Shown in pieces: positions 11,226 to 24,320 of a DNA stretch of 64,000 nt. A program made the position numbers and the translations under genes. The number at the start of each line of letters is the position of its first letter. Within the stretch, counting starts at the first letter, position 1. The notes beneath the pieces are model-generated. The model worked only from the letters and a program-made list of their open reading frames with translations. It made no database searches and was not told the DNA's origin. Where the stretch lies: contig CM068769.1 in assembly GCA_035084275.1 (NCBI GenBank), positions 2,294,001 through 2,358,000 of the forward strand. The letters run 5' to 3'. Origin of the DNA: Hydrolagus colliei (Eukaryota).

Positions 11226-11659
11226 GCCAAAGGACCGCAGGATACAGAATAACTCACATTCAACTTGCCTCTAAACCAAGGTAACAGTCTCCAACCACCA
11301 GGCAGGAAGCACCATCCAGGCAAAGATTCCCCCCATGCCCAGCTACTCCTATGGTACACAGCAACCATCGGTCGACAAACCCCCAGAAAAAAACCCCAAT
11401 CACAAACACAGTCCTATACACGTGGGAGTGGGTGGAGTGGCGGCGGGGGTCAGAAACGGTAACACAAAATCACTATTAAATACTGTATTATTAAGGCAAT
11501 CATTCAATCAGTTACACTTTACGTTAGAAAATTAGAATTTCTCGTCCCATTCACGAAATCCCTTTGTGGTAATCAATTGTTGCCACAATCCGTGATTAGT
11601 GCCAATGTGCAAACTTTACGACATCCAGTGCAACAATCATTATTACTTTGTGTAGTATT

Positions 11660-11742
11660 CGCTGTCAGGAGGATTCGAACCTATGCAGGAAGTTTCCCAA
11701 AGGATTTCTATTCCATCGCCGTAACCACTCGGCAACAGCTAC
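11660..11742 (-). tRNA. tRNA-Ser(AGA), degenerate
   Basis: GTAGCTGTTGCCGAGTGGTTACGGCGATGGAATAGAAATCC...GGTTCGAATCCT resembles vertebrate Ser-AGA with long variable arm; multiple stem mismatches. Confidence 0.8.
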
Positions 11743-12655
11743 CGACAAACCTGCATGGAAACGATTTAGATAAACCCTTGTCTGCACATAAATAATTTAT
11801 AGAGTTTTCCCTAATTCTAATTGTCCTTCGATTTGATTGGTTACATTTCACATAACGTGCTATCACAGCATAGAGATGACATGAAGACCTGCATTAGATG
11901 CTTTTTGCTGACAGATTTAACACTTTATTTCTGCATGAAAGCTGCACAGGTTCTCCAAACAAACAAAAGCCTCAAATTGAATCTCCACTTTAACCTAGGA
12001 ACTTTGGCAGCAACATAAGGTGAATGTCATTTGAAATAAAGGTCCAACAGGCAGTACTTTTTCGTTTATCTGGTTTAAAACGCAGCAGTTCCTCACTGCT
12101 AAAACTCTCTGGTCACTCAGCCTTGACCATTGGTGTTCTGGTCCAAATACTGTCGAGAGTTATTTAATCGGGAAATGTCCCCTGATAAACCATAATCGCT
12201 TCATACTAAGATGATGGATTCCCGTGCAAAGGTGGAATGCTCAGAAGTCTTAGAAAATTTAATTGGACGTCATTGCAACATACTTATTTAAAACAAATGG
12301 TGCGTTGCAGGTGGGTGAGTAAGAGTTGTGATTTCTGAGTATGTCATTGAGCTAAAATACCAATAGATTCTTTATAGCGAAGGAGAATGTTCTGACCAAC
12401 AGTAAGTGATTTAGTAATCTCACTAGTGATTGAAACGGAAAATTTGGCAATGATTATTGTCGTCCACAACATATATAGTTTCAATTGTCCTTGCAGTGTA
12501 ATCTCCGAAGCGTTTGAAAAGGTCCGAAATCGCGATCAGATGCTGTTTCACGTGCAAAGCTCATTGTGAGTATCGCTTCAAAATTTCCATTCCTTGTGCA
12601 TTGACAGTACATTAAAACACATGAAGAATACAACAAACCACAAAGAGCTGGCGAT

Positions 12656-12719
12656 TGACATGTTCCCAATTCAAACCACGATTGCTGCGACCACAATGTA
12701 GAACACTAACGATCACGGT
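12656..12719 (-). pseudogene. tRNA-His(GTG) pseudogene
   Basis: CCGTGATCGT...TTGTGGTCGCAGCAA...GGTTTGAAT resembles His-GTG, with an approximately 8-nt D-arm deletion. Confidence 0.7.
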
Positions 12720-13412
12720 TCAACATTACCCCACATACAGAGCAGTTACTCACAAGTATAAGCGTTTATGTGTTGACAATTATCATGTTATTCGCATTTT
12801 AGTAGACGATCACCACTGTTTTGTGTGTAATTGGTTACTGAACAGACTTTGTGGTCACGCATAACAAGCTCTTATATCAAGTAAACTTGGCTTGAAATCT
12901 CAATTTACAGCCGAAAATGTTTGAAAGCTAGTTAGAATTATATGGAATATTCAACCTCAGATTCAACCTCAGATCAGTTATTCTATTCGTGTATTGTTCC
13001 AATGCTTTACAAAGAAATATTGTGAAAATCAATTTATTTATCGGTTATGGATTTTTAATTAAAAACTCAAAACTACATTTCGATTTTCCGTTATTTGCTG
13101 GGCAATTGAGTGACTTTCTACCACTTTTCTTCTGAGTGCCTTCGGAATTCAAGGACGGGTTGCGCATCAGAAATTATTTATCTCCTAACAGTGAATTCAG
13201 TTAGTAGAGAAAAGCCAACTTGGTCTGGATTGAAAGTGATTGACTGGCAATTAAAAGTATCACAGTGTATATGCCTGATTGGCAGAAAACATTAGCTGTT
13301 GGCTGACCATTGGAATCTGATATTAGCTTGGTAACTATATGCACACATCTGTTTCTGTTAAGGAAAACATCTGACGTGGAAAATGTACAAGGTGAGCAAG
13401 AGGATAAACATT

Positions 13413-13494
13413 TGATGGTGGTGGGATTCGAACTCACGTCTCTAACCAGTCTGGAACCAAAATCCAGCGCCTGAGACCGCTCGGCCACTGTATC
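13413..13494 (-). tRNA. tRNA-Leu (TAG family) with anticodon changed to TTG, degenerate
   Basis: GTGGCCGAGCGGTCTCAGGCGCTGGATTTTGGTTCCAG...GAGTTCGAATCCCAC; 82 nt; 3 acceptor-stem mismatches. Confidence 0.8.
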
Positions 13495-14021
13495 CGATGT
13501 TTCCCTGCATAACCATTCTACCAACATCTCTCACTAATAATGTTTCAATTGGATCCTAAAGTGACAATGAAATGAGTGGATAGACTATGATGGAGTAAAC
13601 GCGAATCGAATTTAGTAATATCATTGATGATCTCAAGCTTTGTTTAAATGATTTTCAAACAATGCTCATAATGCGGATAACTTGATTTAATGTTTGATTC
13701 ACCACTTGCACTTGCACGGATTGTTAGGAATTCAACTAATTGTTACTTTCAGGTGCCTTTGTTTCCAAATTATTGTAACTCACCTGTCACTCATTTATTG
13801 GCTGCAAGGCCTTACGTTCTTGTGACCATCATTTTACTGGAGTTTAAAAAAAACACTTCTTCAACAACATTCGGAAGATCTCCTATCTGCTACCTGTGCC
13901 ATCATTAAACAATTATATATACCTGTAAGTTGCATCCCAATTCTGCATTTGAGTTTCGTGATAGATCTGAAAGGCATCACTGATTTTGTATTCACCTCTC
14001 GATAGTTATCAAGTCACTGAA

Positions 14022-14094
14022 GTTTTCATAGTGTAGTGGTTATTACGTTCGCCTGACACGCGAAAGGTCCCAGGTTAGAAACCTGGTGGAAACA
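14022..14094 (+). tRNA. tRNA-Val, anticodon GAC, degenerate
   Basis: GTTTTCATAGTGTAGTGGTTATTACGTTCGCCTGACACGCGAAAGGTCCCAGGTTAGAAACCTGGTGGAAACA; B-box TTCG changed to TTAG; TTTT downstream. Confidence 0.85.
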
Positions 14095-14992
14095 TGATTT
14101 CACTTTTAATTTGTAAAATCGTTTTTCAGTGTAGGCACTCGCATTCAAAATTCAAGTGATTCTGGCATGAAAATACACCATAATCATGACCTCGAATTAT
14201 GCTTTGTAGAGGCAGATACAGCTGTGAACATTTGAGGCAGCATGTAAAAAAAATATTCTCGCTGCTCAACTGAATTGCTTTGTTACTGCAGGTTTGTACA
14301 CCATAATGCGAAAATATTGAATAATTTCCCGTTCATTTTAATTTACGAAATGATTGTCTAACGGAATCCGATGAACTTGAAGCAGTAACATGGTTCAGAT
14401 GATTATTCTGCACAATCGTTTCTCCCCCTCAAGTATGGTATATCTACTTCAGATTATATGAACCGCAGCCACATGTGGAGAATCTTTTTTTTAATCATTT
14501 TACAACAACAACTTGAAAATCACATGGGACAAGACACCGTGGAAAGTTTAGACATCAATTTAGACCTAAAGTTTAGACCTAAATTTCCAACATTGGGGAT
14601 TTTTGTGTTGAGGATAGGGGAAGTGAGCGATGATGTTTGAAAATGAAGGTATAGAGTGATTGAGGAGGAGGTATAGAGGTGGATTTCCAGAGGCTGGTGC
14701 CTTGTGACTGAAGGTCAACACGATTAATGACGATGAAACTAATGAAGGCAATGAGATGGAGAGAAGCATAGGTTGTGTTCTAACCACACCTAACCATGAT
14801 CCAGTGTAGTATCTCATCTCAACTGTTAATCTTTAGGCTGTGGACCATACAGAACAACCTCCTTCTGAAGATCATTTGTAGACACATGAACTCAATGTAC
14901 TAGGGCTGATATTCTCCTATCTGGTATCTTCGCCATCGGGCCGCTGATGGCTTATGTTGGTACTGGTGAACAAGCTATACGGTGAACTAGAA

Positions 14993-15330
14993 GAACAATA
15001 ATAATCCTTGCATTTTGATACAGTACTTTCACATTCTATCGACGTCACAATGCGCTTCACAGTGTATACTGTAAACTAAATTGACAGTACATATTTGTGG
15101 GCGAATCGAGGCAGCCAATTGCATACAACTGTTTCCCACAAACATTCGTGGATTTAAATTACCAATTTTAATATGTTTTTTTTGTTGGAGGGATTATCTT
15201 GCGTGTTGAGTAAGGAAACTTGCCCAAGGTTTCGCCCTGACCTGCCTGGATTTGAAAACAGTTCTTTACAACTTGGTCTCCCTTGCTTGCAAGAAAAGGC
15301 TCTAAACTTGCCACATGAGCTCCATACTCC
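14993..15330 (-). mobile_element. tRNA-derived Deu-domain SINE with L2 tail
   Basis: Head, CTTGGGCAAGTTTCCTTACT, AATTGGCTGCC core and AATGCAAGGATTATT tail on the minus strand. Confidence 0.8.
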
Positions 15331-15872
15331 ACATATTCCTTTAAGTGCTGCAAGAGAACTTGATGACCTAGTAAGTCGCGATACCAAGTAATCCTATTAT
15401 TATTATCATGATTTGTTCAAATCACAACAGTCTGAGCTCCCGCTGTTTGCACGGTGAGGGTTACAGCAGACCAGCCAGCGGCATGATTCCTGGGTTCTCA
15501 AGAGATGATCGGCAGTATCCCAGCTCCAGAGTCGTGTTTGTTCCCAATTTCTGCCAATGATCGCCACTGTCAGGTCTGTCATGACTAGTGCCCAGCAAAA
15601 CCGCCTGGCTCAGAGCTCGGCATCCCAAAATGCCACAGGAGAGAAACAAAGATAAAGATTATGAATATATGTGTATTAGTTTCTCGTGTTGCATTACTTA
15701 TTGCGGTGCAATTTAACAGTAAATTAATAACGGTTTTATTGTGAAGACACTTGTTGCCATATGATGATATATTGCTGTAGCTGTATTGCTTGACATTGCA
15801 GCAAACATCACAGCAGTATAAATCCATTCCATTTGTATACGGTGCAAAATTAACGTACATTATCACTGTGAA

Positions 15873-15944
15873 TCCTAGTTAGTATAGTGGTTAGTATCCC
15901 CGCCTGTCACGCGGGAAACACGGATTCAATACCCCGGCGGGGAG
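15873..15944 (+). tRNA. tRNA-Asp(GTC), degenerate
   Basis: TCCTAGTTAGTATAGTGGTTAGTATCCCCGCCTGTCACGCGGG...GGGGAG; T-arm damaged; TTTT downstream. Confidence 0.85.
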
Positions 15945-17272
15945 ATAATTTTAGTCCCTCTATTTGTTACCTAGTTGATGGACATTGGAATTACTTGATG
16001 CAAAGTGGAATAACATTAGCGTAAATAAGCTCGTTTAATGCAAGAATTATTTCTCCATATATATATACATACAACTCACTTGACAGTATATTCTTTGATT
16101 TACTTTGAGAACATGGTATACTCAATATCAAATATATGCATTATTATAATGTTTGCCAGAGAGATTTCCTTGGGATATAGTCTCCATTCATTCTTCCACG
16201 TACAGGTTATCCAAAACTACGTGACAACTCACTTGAATGAAGAAGGAATAAAATTAAATCTTACTTTCTTTAAGAATTATTAGATACAGCATTGTAATTT
16301 AATTTTTTCAGGACTTTTTGTTCGCCTTGTTAACAGAAGTGGTTGTGATCACTTACGAAAGTTGTCATGGTTATATTTTTTCAGAACATGGTAAGATGGT
16401 ATGCTTAAAATATAGCAGCTTATACGCCACTGAAAATACACAGTTACAGGAACAAGTGCGTGTTTCGTGGTTTACTTTATCACAAATAGGGTACTATACA
16501 GTGCTCTGCATGAGTCTTTGTGCCATCTCGTGCCTGTTTGCGGGTCTAAGCTCTGTGAGTTTGGTAGTGACCGAAAAACATGAAATATCTCCGCTTCTCT
16601 TTGTTTCATTTAATCGGATATTCTGTTTACTATGGTTTTTGCGATAACAATGCTGTCGAAAGTAATTCCATGGTTGAATCAATACAAGTAATAAAACAAT
16701 CAATAAAGTTATCTCGAATAGAAAGTTCATTGTTTTATTAAAGTAATTATTTTTATGGAACAGTTCTTTTGACTTAAATTTCTATTTTCACTAAATTTTA
16801 AATTGCTCCGAAACAGAATGAGGCAATATGTTCAAATTGTGATTTGACCCCAGCTTTTGCAGGGGTTACAACGTTAGTGTTTTTTTCTTTGAATAGCGTT
16901 ATCAATATTACTTCGTATAATTTGAAATGAGATTCACAGAGTTGAAATTTGAAGTTCATTTTTTACATCTGGCAACAGAAACCCGGTCCTTGGCTATTTG
17001 GCGGATTAGACTTCCATCAGTTGCAATAATGCTACTAAAACAGAATATTCCAATTAATTACTTTGTAACTCAACCCATGACTCTTTATTGACTCACAGTA
17101 GTGTTAAATTCGCCGAAAAAAACAAGTCAATTCAGTTCATAGGGTAAACTGTGAAGCAGTTTAAGACAGCTTAAATACGTGATAAGGCGTTATATAAAAG
17201 CAAGGAATATTGTTGGTTATGATTGGTTGAGCTACTTTTCATTGCAGCTCCACTGGGCAGTAAGTAAACTAA

Positions 17273-17346
17273 TGGCCCGTACGGGGATCGAACCTGCGAC
17301 CTTGGTCTTATTAGCACCACGCTCTAACCAACTGTGCTAACCGGCC
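17273..17346 (-). tRNA. tRNA-Ile(AAT), variant or possible pseudogene
   Basis: GGCCGGTTAGCACAGTTGGTTAGAGCGTGGTGCTAATAAGACCAAGGTCGCAGGTTCGATCCCCGTACGGGCCA; single mismatches in the D, anticodon and T stems. Confidence 0.9.
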
Positions 17347-18220
17347 TGGCTTGCTGAGTGATTCACAGGAAGTTCACATTGCTGATAAACACTATGCAAC
17401 ACCATGACTGTCACATATCGATGTATTTAATGCACAAACTAGAGTTACCTTAATCAAGTGCAACCAAACATTGGGCTGCTGGCAACGTATCTTGGAGTCA
17501 GAGGCATAATCGTCCGGGAACTCACTTGCTCAGGAGATTGTTCATATTCAGCAGTTCTGCTCAAGTATTCTGACAAGGCCGATTGACAGGAAACTTGATG
17601 CAAAATTACTTTATTCCTTAAACAATTCCAGAAATTGTAAACAGCAGCAACAACTTGCGCTGATATCGCATCCTGTGCACTGAGCAGAGCTTCAATGTGA
17701 CTAACAGTGACCCACATTGACTACAAGCGGGTGTAGTATGCGAGTGTAATGTCTGGTGGCCGTAAGCATGTTCAAAGAGCAACGGTGCGACTTTTTAAAG
17801 GGGAAAGGAGGGCAAACCGGAGGCACTGATGTAGAGTGTTCAGGGTTTGGAGGAATGGTGGCTCAAAGTATGACATCCCATTGTGTAGCAGAGGGTGCGA
17901 TGTAGGAAGGAAACCAGTGCCAGCAGAGGTTCTGGAGAAATGGTGTTGTCTGATTGATGACATTTCGTATCTTTCGAGCCGAATTTTTTTTTCAACATCC
18001 AACGTAAACATAAAAGAGATTAGTCGCCCGAAAATATACCATCAGTTCACTTTATACTGCATTCTGTGCAGAAAATATACCGAACATACAATGTGGGTTT
18101 ATATCAAAGCAAAGATTATTCTTAGTATCATGAATGTAGACAAGATAGCACCGCATGTTTGTATGTTTTTGTACACAAGCGAATTTACAATTTCTGTCGA
18201 GTAAAATAACATAAAATTGC

Positions 18221-18292
18221 TTCCCTGACCGGGAATCGAACCGGGGCCGCTGCGGTGAGAGCACCGAATCCTAACCACTAGACTACCAGGGA
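18221..18292 (-). tRNA. tRNA-Glu(CTC), variant or possible pseudogene
   Basis: TCCCTGGTAGTCTAGTGGTTAGGATTCGGTGCTCTCACCGCAGCGGCCCCGGTTCGATTCCCGGTCAGGGAA; two stem mismatches; TTTT terminator. Confidence 0.9.
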
Positions 18293-19764
18293 ATATACCG
18301 GAGAGTAACAATTCTTGCCTTTATTACACGCTACATTTTTGACTGCAGAACGTCTCAAAGTGATTTGACACAGATTTGAAACCCACGCAGAAAATTGGTG
18401 TGGCAAATTGATCTATAAATCGTTCACTGCTACGCATAAGAAAATGAAAATCATTGGTGAACATTGAAATGCATTTACTGTTTAGATTTTGTCTCAATTT
18501 ACAGGACTGAGAAGAAGATACCGGTAAGTTTTCTTTCAAAAAAGATGGAGTGAGTGATGTATAATTGATGGAAAATCAGCTTTGGTCATTAATAAAGCAT
18601 TAGATATCCAGCAAAACTGAGGGTTCCTGTTACAGTTGTTCAACATTCAATTGATTACTCGATGAGAAGAAGATAAAAGCGGCAAAGGGTTTCTGTTCTA
18701 ATAATTTTGACAAATGCCATTTGAATTTGTTTTTTTAAAAAGAAATGAAATGAGGTTTATGCTTGAATTATGATCAATATTGTAGTGAATAACTTAATGG
18801 ATGAAATTGTTTTCTTGATGTGCGAACTTGAAACTAGATAACAATGAATGAAGAACTGCGTGTTGCAATTGGTGGAATGGCTCTTCTGGAAGATTCAGAT
18901 CAAATGATCCAATGAGCTTTATATAGTGGTGTAATTGGCAAAGTTGTGAAATAATGGTTTCCGAGTTAGACGGTCAAAAAAGACGAATACAAAGTTTCCA
19001 GAAATGACCTTTTTATTCGCTCGCTCCGTGTGTATACCTGATTATAATTCTGGTCACTTGTTAACAATTAGAGCAATACTTATTAATCTTGCGTATGGAG
19101 CGGTAGTTTTGTGTGATTGTGGGTGTACGTTTATATGTATGTGTAGGGATGTAGATTATTGTGTGGGTGGGGGTTGGGGGTAGGGTGAGTTAGAACGTGT
19201 GGTAGGGCTGGTAGGTGTGCTGGATAGTTTTGTGTGAGGGTGCAGTTATGTGCGTTTGTGGGGTGCGGGTGAGGTTTGTGTATGTGGGAGTGTGTAGGTT
19301 TGCGCGTGTGTGTTTATCGGTCTAGGTTTGTGTGTGTATGTGTGAGCGGGAGTAGGTTTGTGTGTGTGTAGGGGGGGGTAGATTTATGTGTATGTGGGTT
19401 GGTAGTTTTGTGTATGTGTGGGGTTAGGTTTGTTTGTGGGAAGGGATAGGTTTCTGTGTGTGGGAGGGTGGGTTTGTTTGTGGCGGTGGTAGGTTTGTGC
19501 TTATGTGTAGTTAGGTTAGTGCGTGTCGGAGGGTGGGTATTGTGTGGCGGTGGTAGATTTGTGCCTCTGTGTGGTTAGGTTTATGAGTGTGGGAAGGGAC
19601 AGGTTTGTGTGTGGCAAGGCGAATAGTATATGAACGTGTGGGGAAGGGGTAATTTTGCGTGTGTATTGGTAGGTTTGTGTGAGTGTTGAGCTACACTAAT
19701 TTGTGTGTGGGTGTGTAGGTTTTTGTGCGTGTGGGGGCGGGTGAGTTTGTGTGTTGGGTTGGGG

Positions 19765-20095
19765 TTCTGTGCTCCTGTGGTTAGTGCACTTGGCTTACAA
19801 ACTGGGGAGAACCGTATGGAGAGACCTGTGTTCGAATCCAGGCAGGTCAGGGCTAAATCTTGGGCAAGTTTCCTTATTTCACAGGACTAATACAAATCCG
19901 TCCAAAAAAACTACGATAATAAAATTGGTCATTTCACTCCACTATACTTTGTGGGTTACTGCTGTGCGAAATTGGCTGCCGAGATTCGCCCACAAATATA
20001 CAGTCTATTCATTTTACAGTATATTCTGTGCAGCGCATTGGGTCGTCGACAAGATGTGAAAAGCAAATTAAATGCAAGGATTATTGTTATTATTA
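19765..20095 (+). mobile_element. tRNA-derived Deu-domain SINE, near full length
   Basis: A-box GTGGTTAG, B-box GTTCGAATCC, GCTGTGCGAAATTGGCTGCC core, AATGCAAGGATTATT tail. Confidence 0.85.
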
Positions 20096-20694
20096 GTCGT
20101 ACGTTTGTGTATATGTGTGGTGTAGGTTTGTGCGTGTGGCGGGGTTAGGATTATTTGCTTGTGCGTAGGTTTGAGTGTATGTGTAGAGAGTGTAGGTTTG
20201 AGTGTTTGTGGCGGGTGGGGAGCTTCGTGTTTTTGGGGGGAGAGTAGGTTTGTGAGTGTCGGATTGTTATGTTTGTGCGGGGGGTGGGGAATAGATTTGT
20301 ATGTGGATGGGTAGGATTGTTTGTGGTGGAGTAGTATTGTGTGTGTGGTAGAGGGTAGGATTGGTTGCCTGTGTTTCGAGGGTTGGTTGTTTGTATTGGG
20401 TGGCAGATTTGTGTGTAAATGTGAGGGGGTTAAGATTGTGCGTGCGGTGTAAGTTTGTTTATGTGTGTGCATGCTTCTGTTTGTTTCTGAGAGAGACGGG
20501 GGTTAGTTTAGTCTGGGCTGTGATGGGTTTGTTTGTTAGCGTTTAGCTTTTTTTGTGAGAGGGGTGGATTTTTGTTTGTCTGTCGGGTTGGCAGATTTGC
20601 GTTTATGTGGGATGGTGAGGGAGAGAGTGGTTTAACGTTTGTGGGTCTGGTGTTAAGTTTTTTTATGGTAGGGCTAGGTTTGTGTTTATTTGCA

Positions 20695-20935
20695 CCAGAG
20701 CCGTCGGCCTATCTTGCCGCAACTTCTGGAAATCCATTTCGAAGTCCCTCCGCCTCGCTCCCTCCCTAGCCTCCCTCAAGTCTCATCTCAAGACTCTCCC
20801 CTACGATGGACCCATCGGAAAACTCTCCCCTCCTCCTCCAATCCCCCTTATCCTCAGCTTGGTTCTGAATCTATATCTGTCCAGCGCCATTGGACGTCCT
20901 CCTGGCGTGACAGTTGCTATAAAATTGTAACTTTC
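20695..20935 (+). mobile_element. L2 LINE 3' end
   Basis: SLRLAPSLASLKSHLKT followed by the L2 tail. Confidence 0.75.
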
Positions 20936-21654
20936 TTCTTCCTGTTTTGAGGGGAATCGAAGGTTTATGTTTGGGGAGCATGGTTGAGTGTTTGTTGGAT
21001 TAGGGTTTTGTGTGAGGGGGTGTTCGTTATGTGTGGTTGCGGGGGGGTGGAACGAGGTAGGTTTGTTTGTCTGCGTGTGGGGGGTAATACATTTGTGTGT
21101 GGGGTAGGTTTGTCTGTGTCGTCGGTAGTTCTTTGTTTGTATGGTGGGGTGGCGGCCAATTATTTTGGGGGGTATATGTAGGTTACCTGCGTCGTGTGGA
21201 CCAGGTTTGTGTGTGTGGCAGCGAGTAGTTTTGTGTATATGGTGGGGATAGTTTTGCGTATATTTTGGTGGCATCTTCGTGTGTGGGGATGTGGCGTATC
21301 CAGTGGTGACATATGTATATGTTGGGGTGCTAAGATGTTGTGTTTTGGTGATGAGTTTGCGTGTTTGGGGCAGTGGGGAGGTGGTAGGTTTGCATGCGTG
21401 TGTGCGACTCTGTAGTTTTGTGTGTGGGGAGGATATGTTTATCCGTATGGGAAGGATAGGATTATCTGTGTCAGGAGTGTAGGATTATCTGTTTGGGGAG
21501 GGTAGGTTTGTGTGTGTGTGTGTGTGGGGGGGGGGGGGGTACGTTCGTTTGTTGTGTTGGGGGTGTTAGTGTAATGTAGCCCTTTCCCTTTAAAACTGAT
21601 TTCAAAAAACAGCTGCAGTGCGATGTTGATGTTCGGAAAATATTATATGAACAG

Positions 21655-21950
21655 ATACAGTCATCGTTGTATTTGATATAGTGCCTTTCACATGCGTATC
21701 GACATCTCAAAGAGCTTCACAGAATATACTATCAAGGGAGTTCACTGTCTATTTGTGGGCGAAACACAGCAGCGAATTGCATACTGCAGTGTCACAGGAG
21801 CAGTCATGCTTTGGGCAGATGAAGTTTTGTTATTGGGTTTTTTTCGGACGGATTATTTTAAGGCGAATGTGTGGAGTTAGGAAGCTTGCCCGAGGTTTCG
21901 GCCTTACCTTCCTGGTTTTCAACACAGATCTCCTTCTTGAGACAATTTCC
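21655..21950 (-). mobile_element. Deu-domain SINE
   Basis: Reverse complement of the SINE body and tail. Confidence 0.7.
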
Positions 21951-23493
21951 TGACCTCTACCATCCACTCGCTCCTCGGAGAAGCATATACTAAGGCAGCA
22001 GCAGCAAATGAATACCACATGTCTGAGCGGGTGCCATATCAAAATTGAACATTGATAGTTTGAAAGTAGTTATATTTATTACAAACAATGATTGAACTAA
22101 CAACCTGTTGAAGACGAGGAGAATGAAAGATGAAGCATTAGTGTTATCAATTGTAAATTAATAAAGTTTGCTTTATTGGCTGGTTAAATTAGTTAATAAT
22201 TAAAGACACACATATTGGAGATAATATACACTTCAGCTAACAGTACAAGTATTTTGCAAAGTAGTGTTCCAGGATTATTTCCCACATCAAATATAACAAC
22301 TCGACGTCCCTCTCGTTGACTGATATTAACTAAACTGAAGAGAATAGGGAAGTATTTCCCTGAAAATTGATACTGACGAATGGCAGGCAAAATACCAGAG
22401 CGACAAAGAGTTTCTGGAGCGATGACTGTGATGGTGACAAAAGTTAAATCTTCTGTAACAGGAAGAAGGGAAAGGGGAAAGGGGAGCTGAAATCTTATCT
22501 ATCTGCTCGGGACCGTACAGCCCCCTGGCCTCAATACCGATTTCAGCCACTTCAGATCATAGCAGTTCCGATGAAGTGTCGTGGACCTGAAGGACTGACT
22601 CAGTTTCCTTTCTCCATGGATACTATTGAGTTTTCCCAGCTCTCCCTGTTTGAACTCCATATTTAGAACTTTGTGTTTCGGAATATCTCTATTGTTGTTG
22701 AAAGGCCTTGATTTTCTTGTACATATATGCGACATATGTACAAATGTTTACCCGTTATCCCAAGTATTGCTAGAATGGGATAATGAACTAACATTGCCTG
22801 AAAAATCATAGGCAACCAGTGAAGTGGGTAATCGCCCAACGCCCGCACCATTGTCTATGAACAGCGAGTAGACTGTCAGTGCCGGTAACAGCACTTTAGA
22901 CTGGCACTCAAACCTGTCAGTCTTCATATCACAGAGACTACTCCACTGACAATAGGTTGTGTTTCGCAATGACCTTAACAGCGTTTGGTTTTTCGAACCA
23001 ACCACTGATACCTTGGGGGGATTTAAACTGGAGTTTACGGGGGAATAATTTGATTTTAAGCTTCCGTTCTCAACAACACAAAGCTGGAATGAAATCAATC
23101 GTGCGTGTTAGTCAGTGTGTCCCTGTTTCTTTGCTTATGAGTTGAGATCACTGTTTAGGGATGGCAGCTGCGGACATTGGCCAGGGATGAAATTTTCTCC
23201 AATTGCATGGTTTGGAGACTGGGATTGGGTTGGAATTTCATTGATAAACTGTTCCAACATCCTCCCACATAGCAATGTTCTTACCCATTTAGTGTGAAAC
23301 CAACATTGGCCATAACTGTGACAGGCAGGCCCGCTGGGTGGGACCTATAGAGTTGTCAGCACAAGTGGCATGGTGACCAACCTTCCATTTCTCACAACGC
23401 TATTCACCATTGGATGGCAACTCGATGCTCAACGTATTCTACAGCAGTGTCTGTTTATTGTGCTTGGCCACAGCAATGTGTTGTCATGTGGAG

Positions 23494-23900
23494 AACTATA
23501 GCTCAGTGGATAGAGCGGTTGCCTTAAAAGTGCTAGATCAGGGTTTGGTTACAGGCAAGGCAAAATCTTGGGCAAGTTTCTTTAAACCACATACCAGATA
23601 GTAACCCCTTCAACAATTTACCATTTAGCGGGCACTGTAATGCTCCAATTTCCGCGCCCGAGTCGCCCAACAATAGCAACCCTCTGCCCTCACACTCTAG
23701 AAATACATTAGCCAATCCCTTCGCCTCGATTCCTCCCTTTCCTCCCTCAAGGGCGGTTTCAAAAACTACCTCTTCGACCGTGCCTTCTGCTGCCATCGTA
23801 ACTCTCCTCCTTTCCTACTCTACTTCCACCAGCCCCTACCCCGACTCGAACCTCGAAACCCCCCCCCCCCCCCCCCCCACCAGCCGCACAGTTGTACCGC
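23494..23900 (+). mobile_element. SINE head abutting an L2 3' fragment
   Basis: TAGCTCAGTGGATAGAGC...CTTGGGCAAGTTTC, then an L2 ORF2 end (...CTACCTCTTCGACCGTGCCTTC). Confidence 0.6.
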
Positions 23901-24320
23901 TCACTGTGATGCTTCACGGAAGCTCAGGGTGTCTGCCCAACACCAAATGAGGGCTGAACATGCTTGTTGAGTATTCTCTGACCGACATGTGAGTTTGGCA
24001 AGAGGTGAGGCGTGTAAGGGGTCTCTTTCAAGTTCACCTGCCTGCGACGTTGTGCTGGAAACACAATGCCAGAATGGTTTCCACTCTGTGCTGGAGTTGG
24101 ATATCCAGTTCTTCAGCCTGGGAGGCTATCGGTGCTAAAGGAAACAGCTGGTATCACACTAAAGTATCAGCACACCTGTCACCGGAGATAGAACTTTTTC
24201 CTATATTTTGGTTCCTATTACCTGAACGACAGAGAATCTTTATGTGCCGGATTTTGCTGCAACGGCTGTCAGGCGGAAGCTTGGCAAATGTTGCTCTTGA
24301 TAGTAAACATTGCAGCTTGT

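Larger units (their letters stand above)
19100..21570. repeat. Degenerate GT-rich minisatellite (GTAGGTTTGTGTGTGTGGGG-like), interrupted by a SINE and an L2 fragment
   Basis: Dozens of gtaggtttgtgt units with strong G/T strand bias. Confidence 0.85.

Noticed and set aside
11258-11337. Candidate leader exon (ATG ... |GTGAGT) upstream of SRCR1
   Set aside because: There is an in-frame stop before the donor, and the signal-peptide character is poor.
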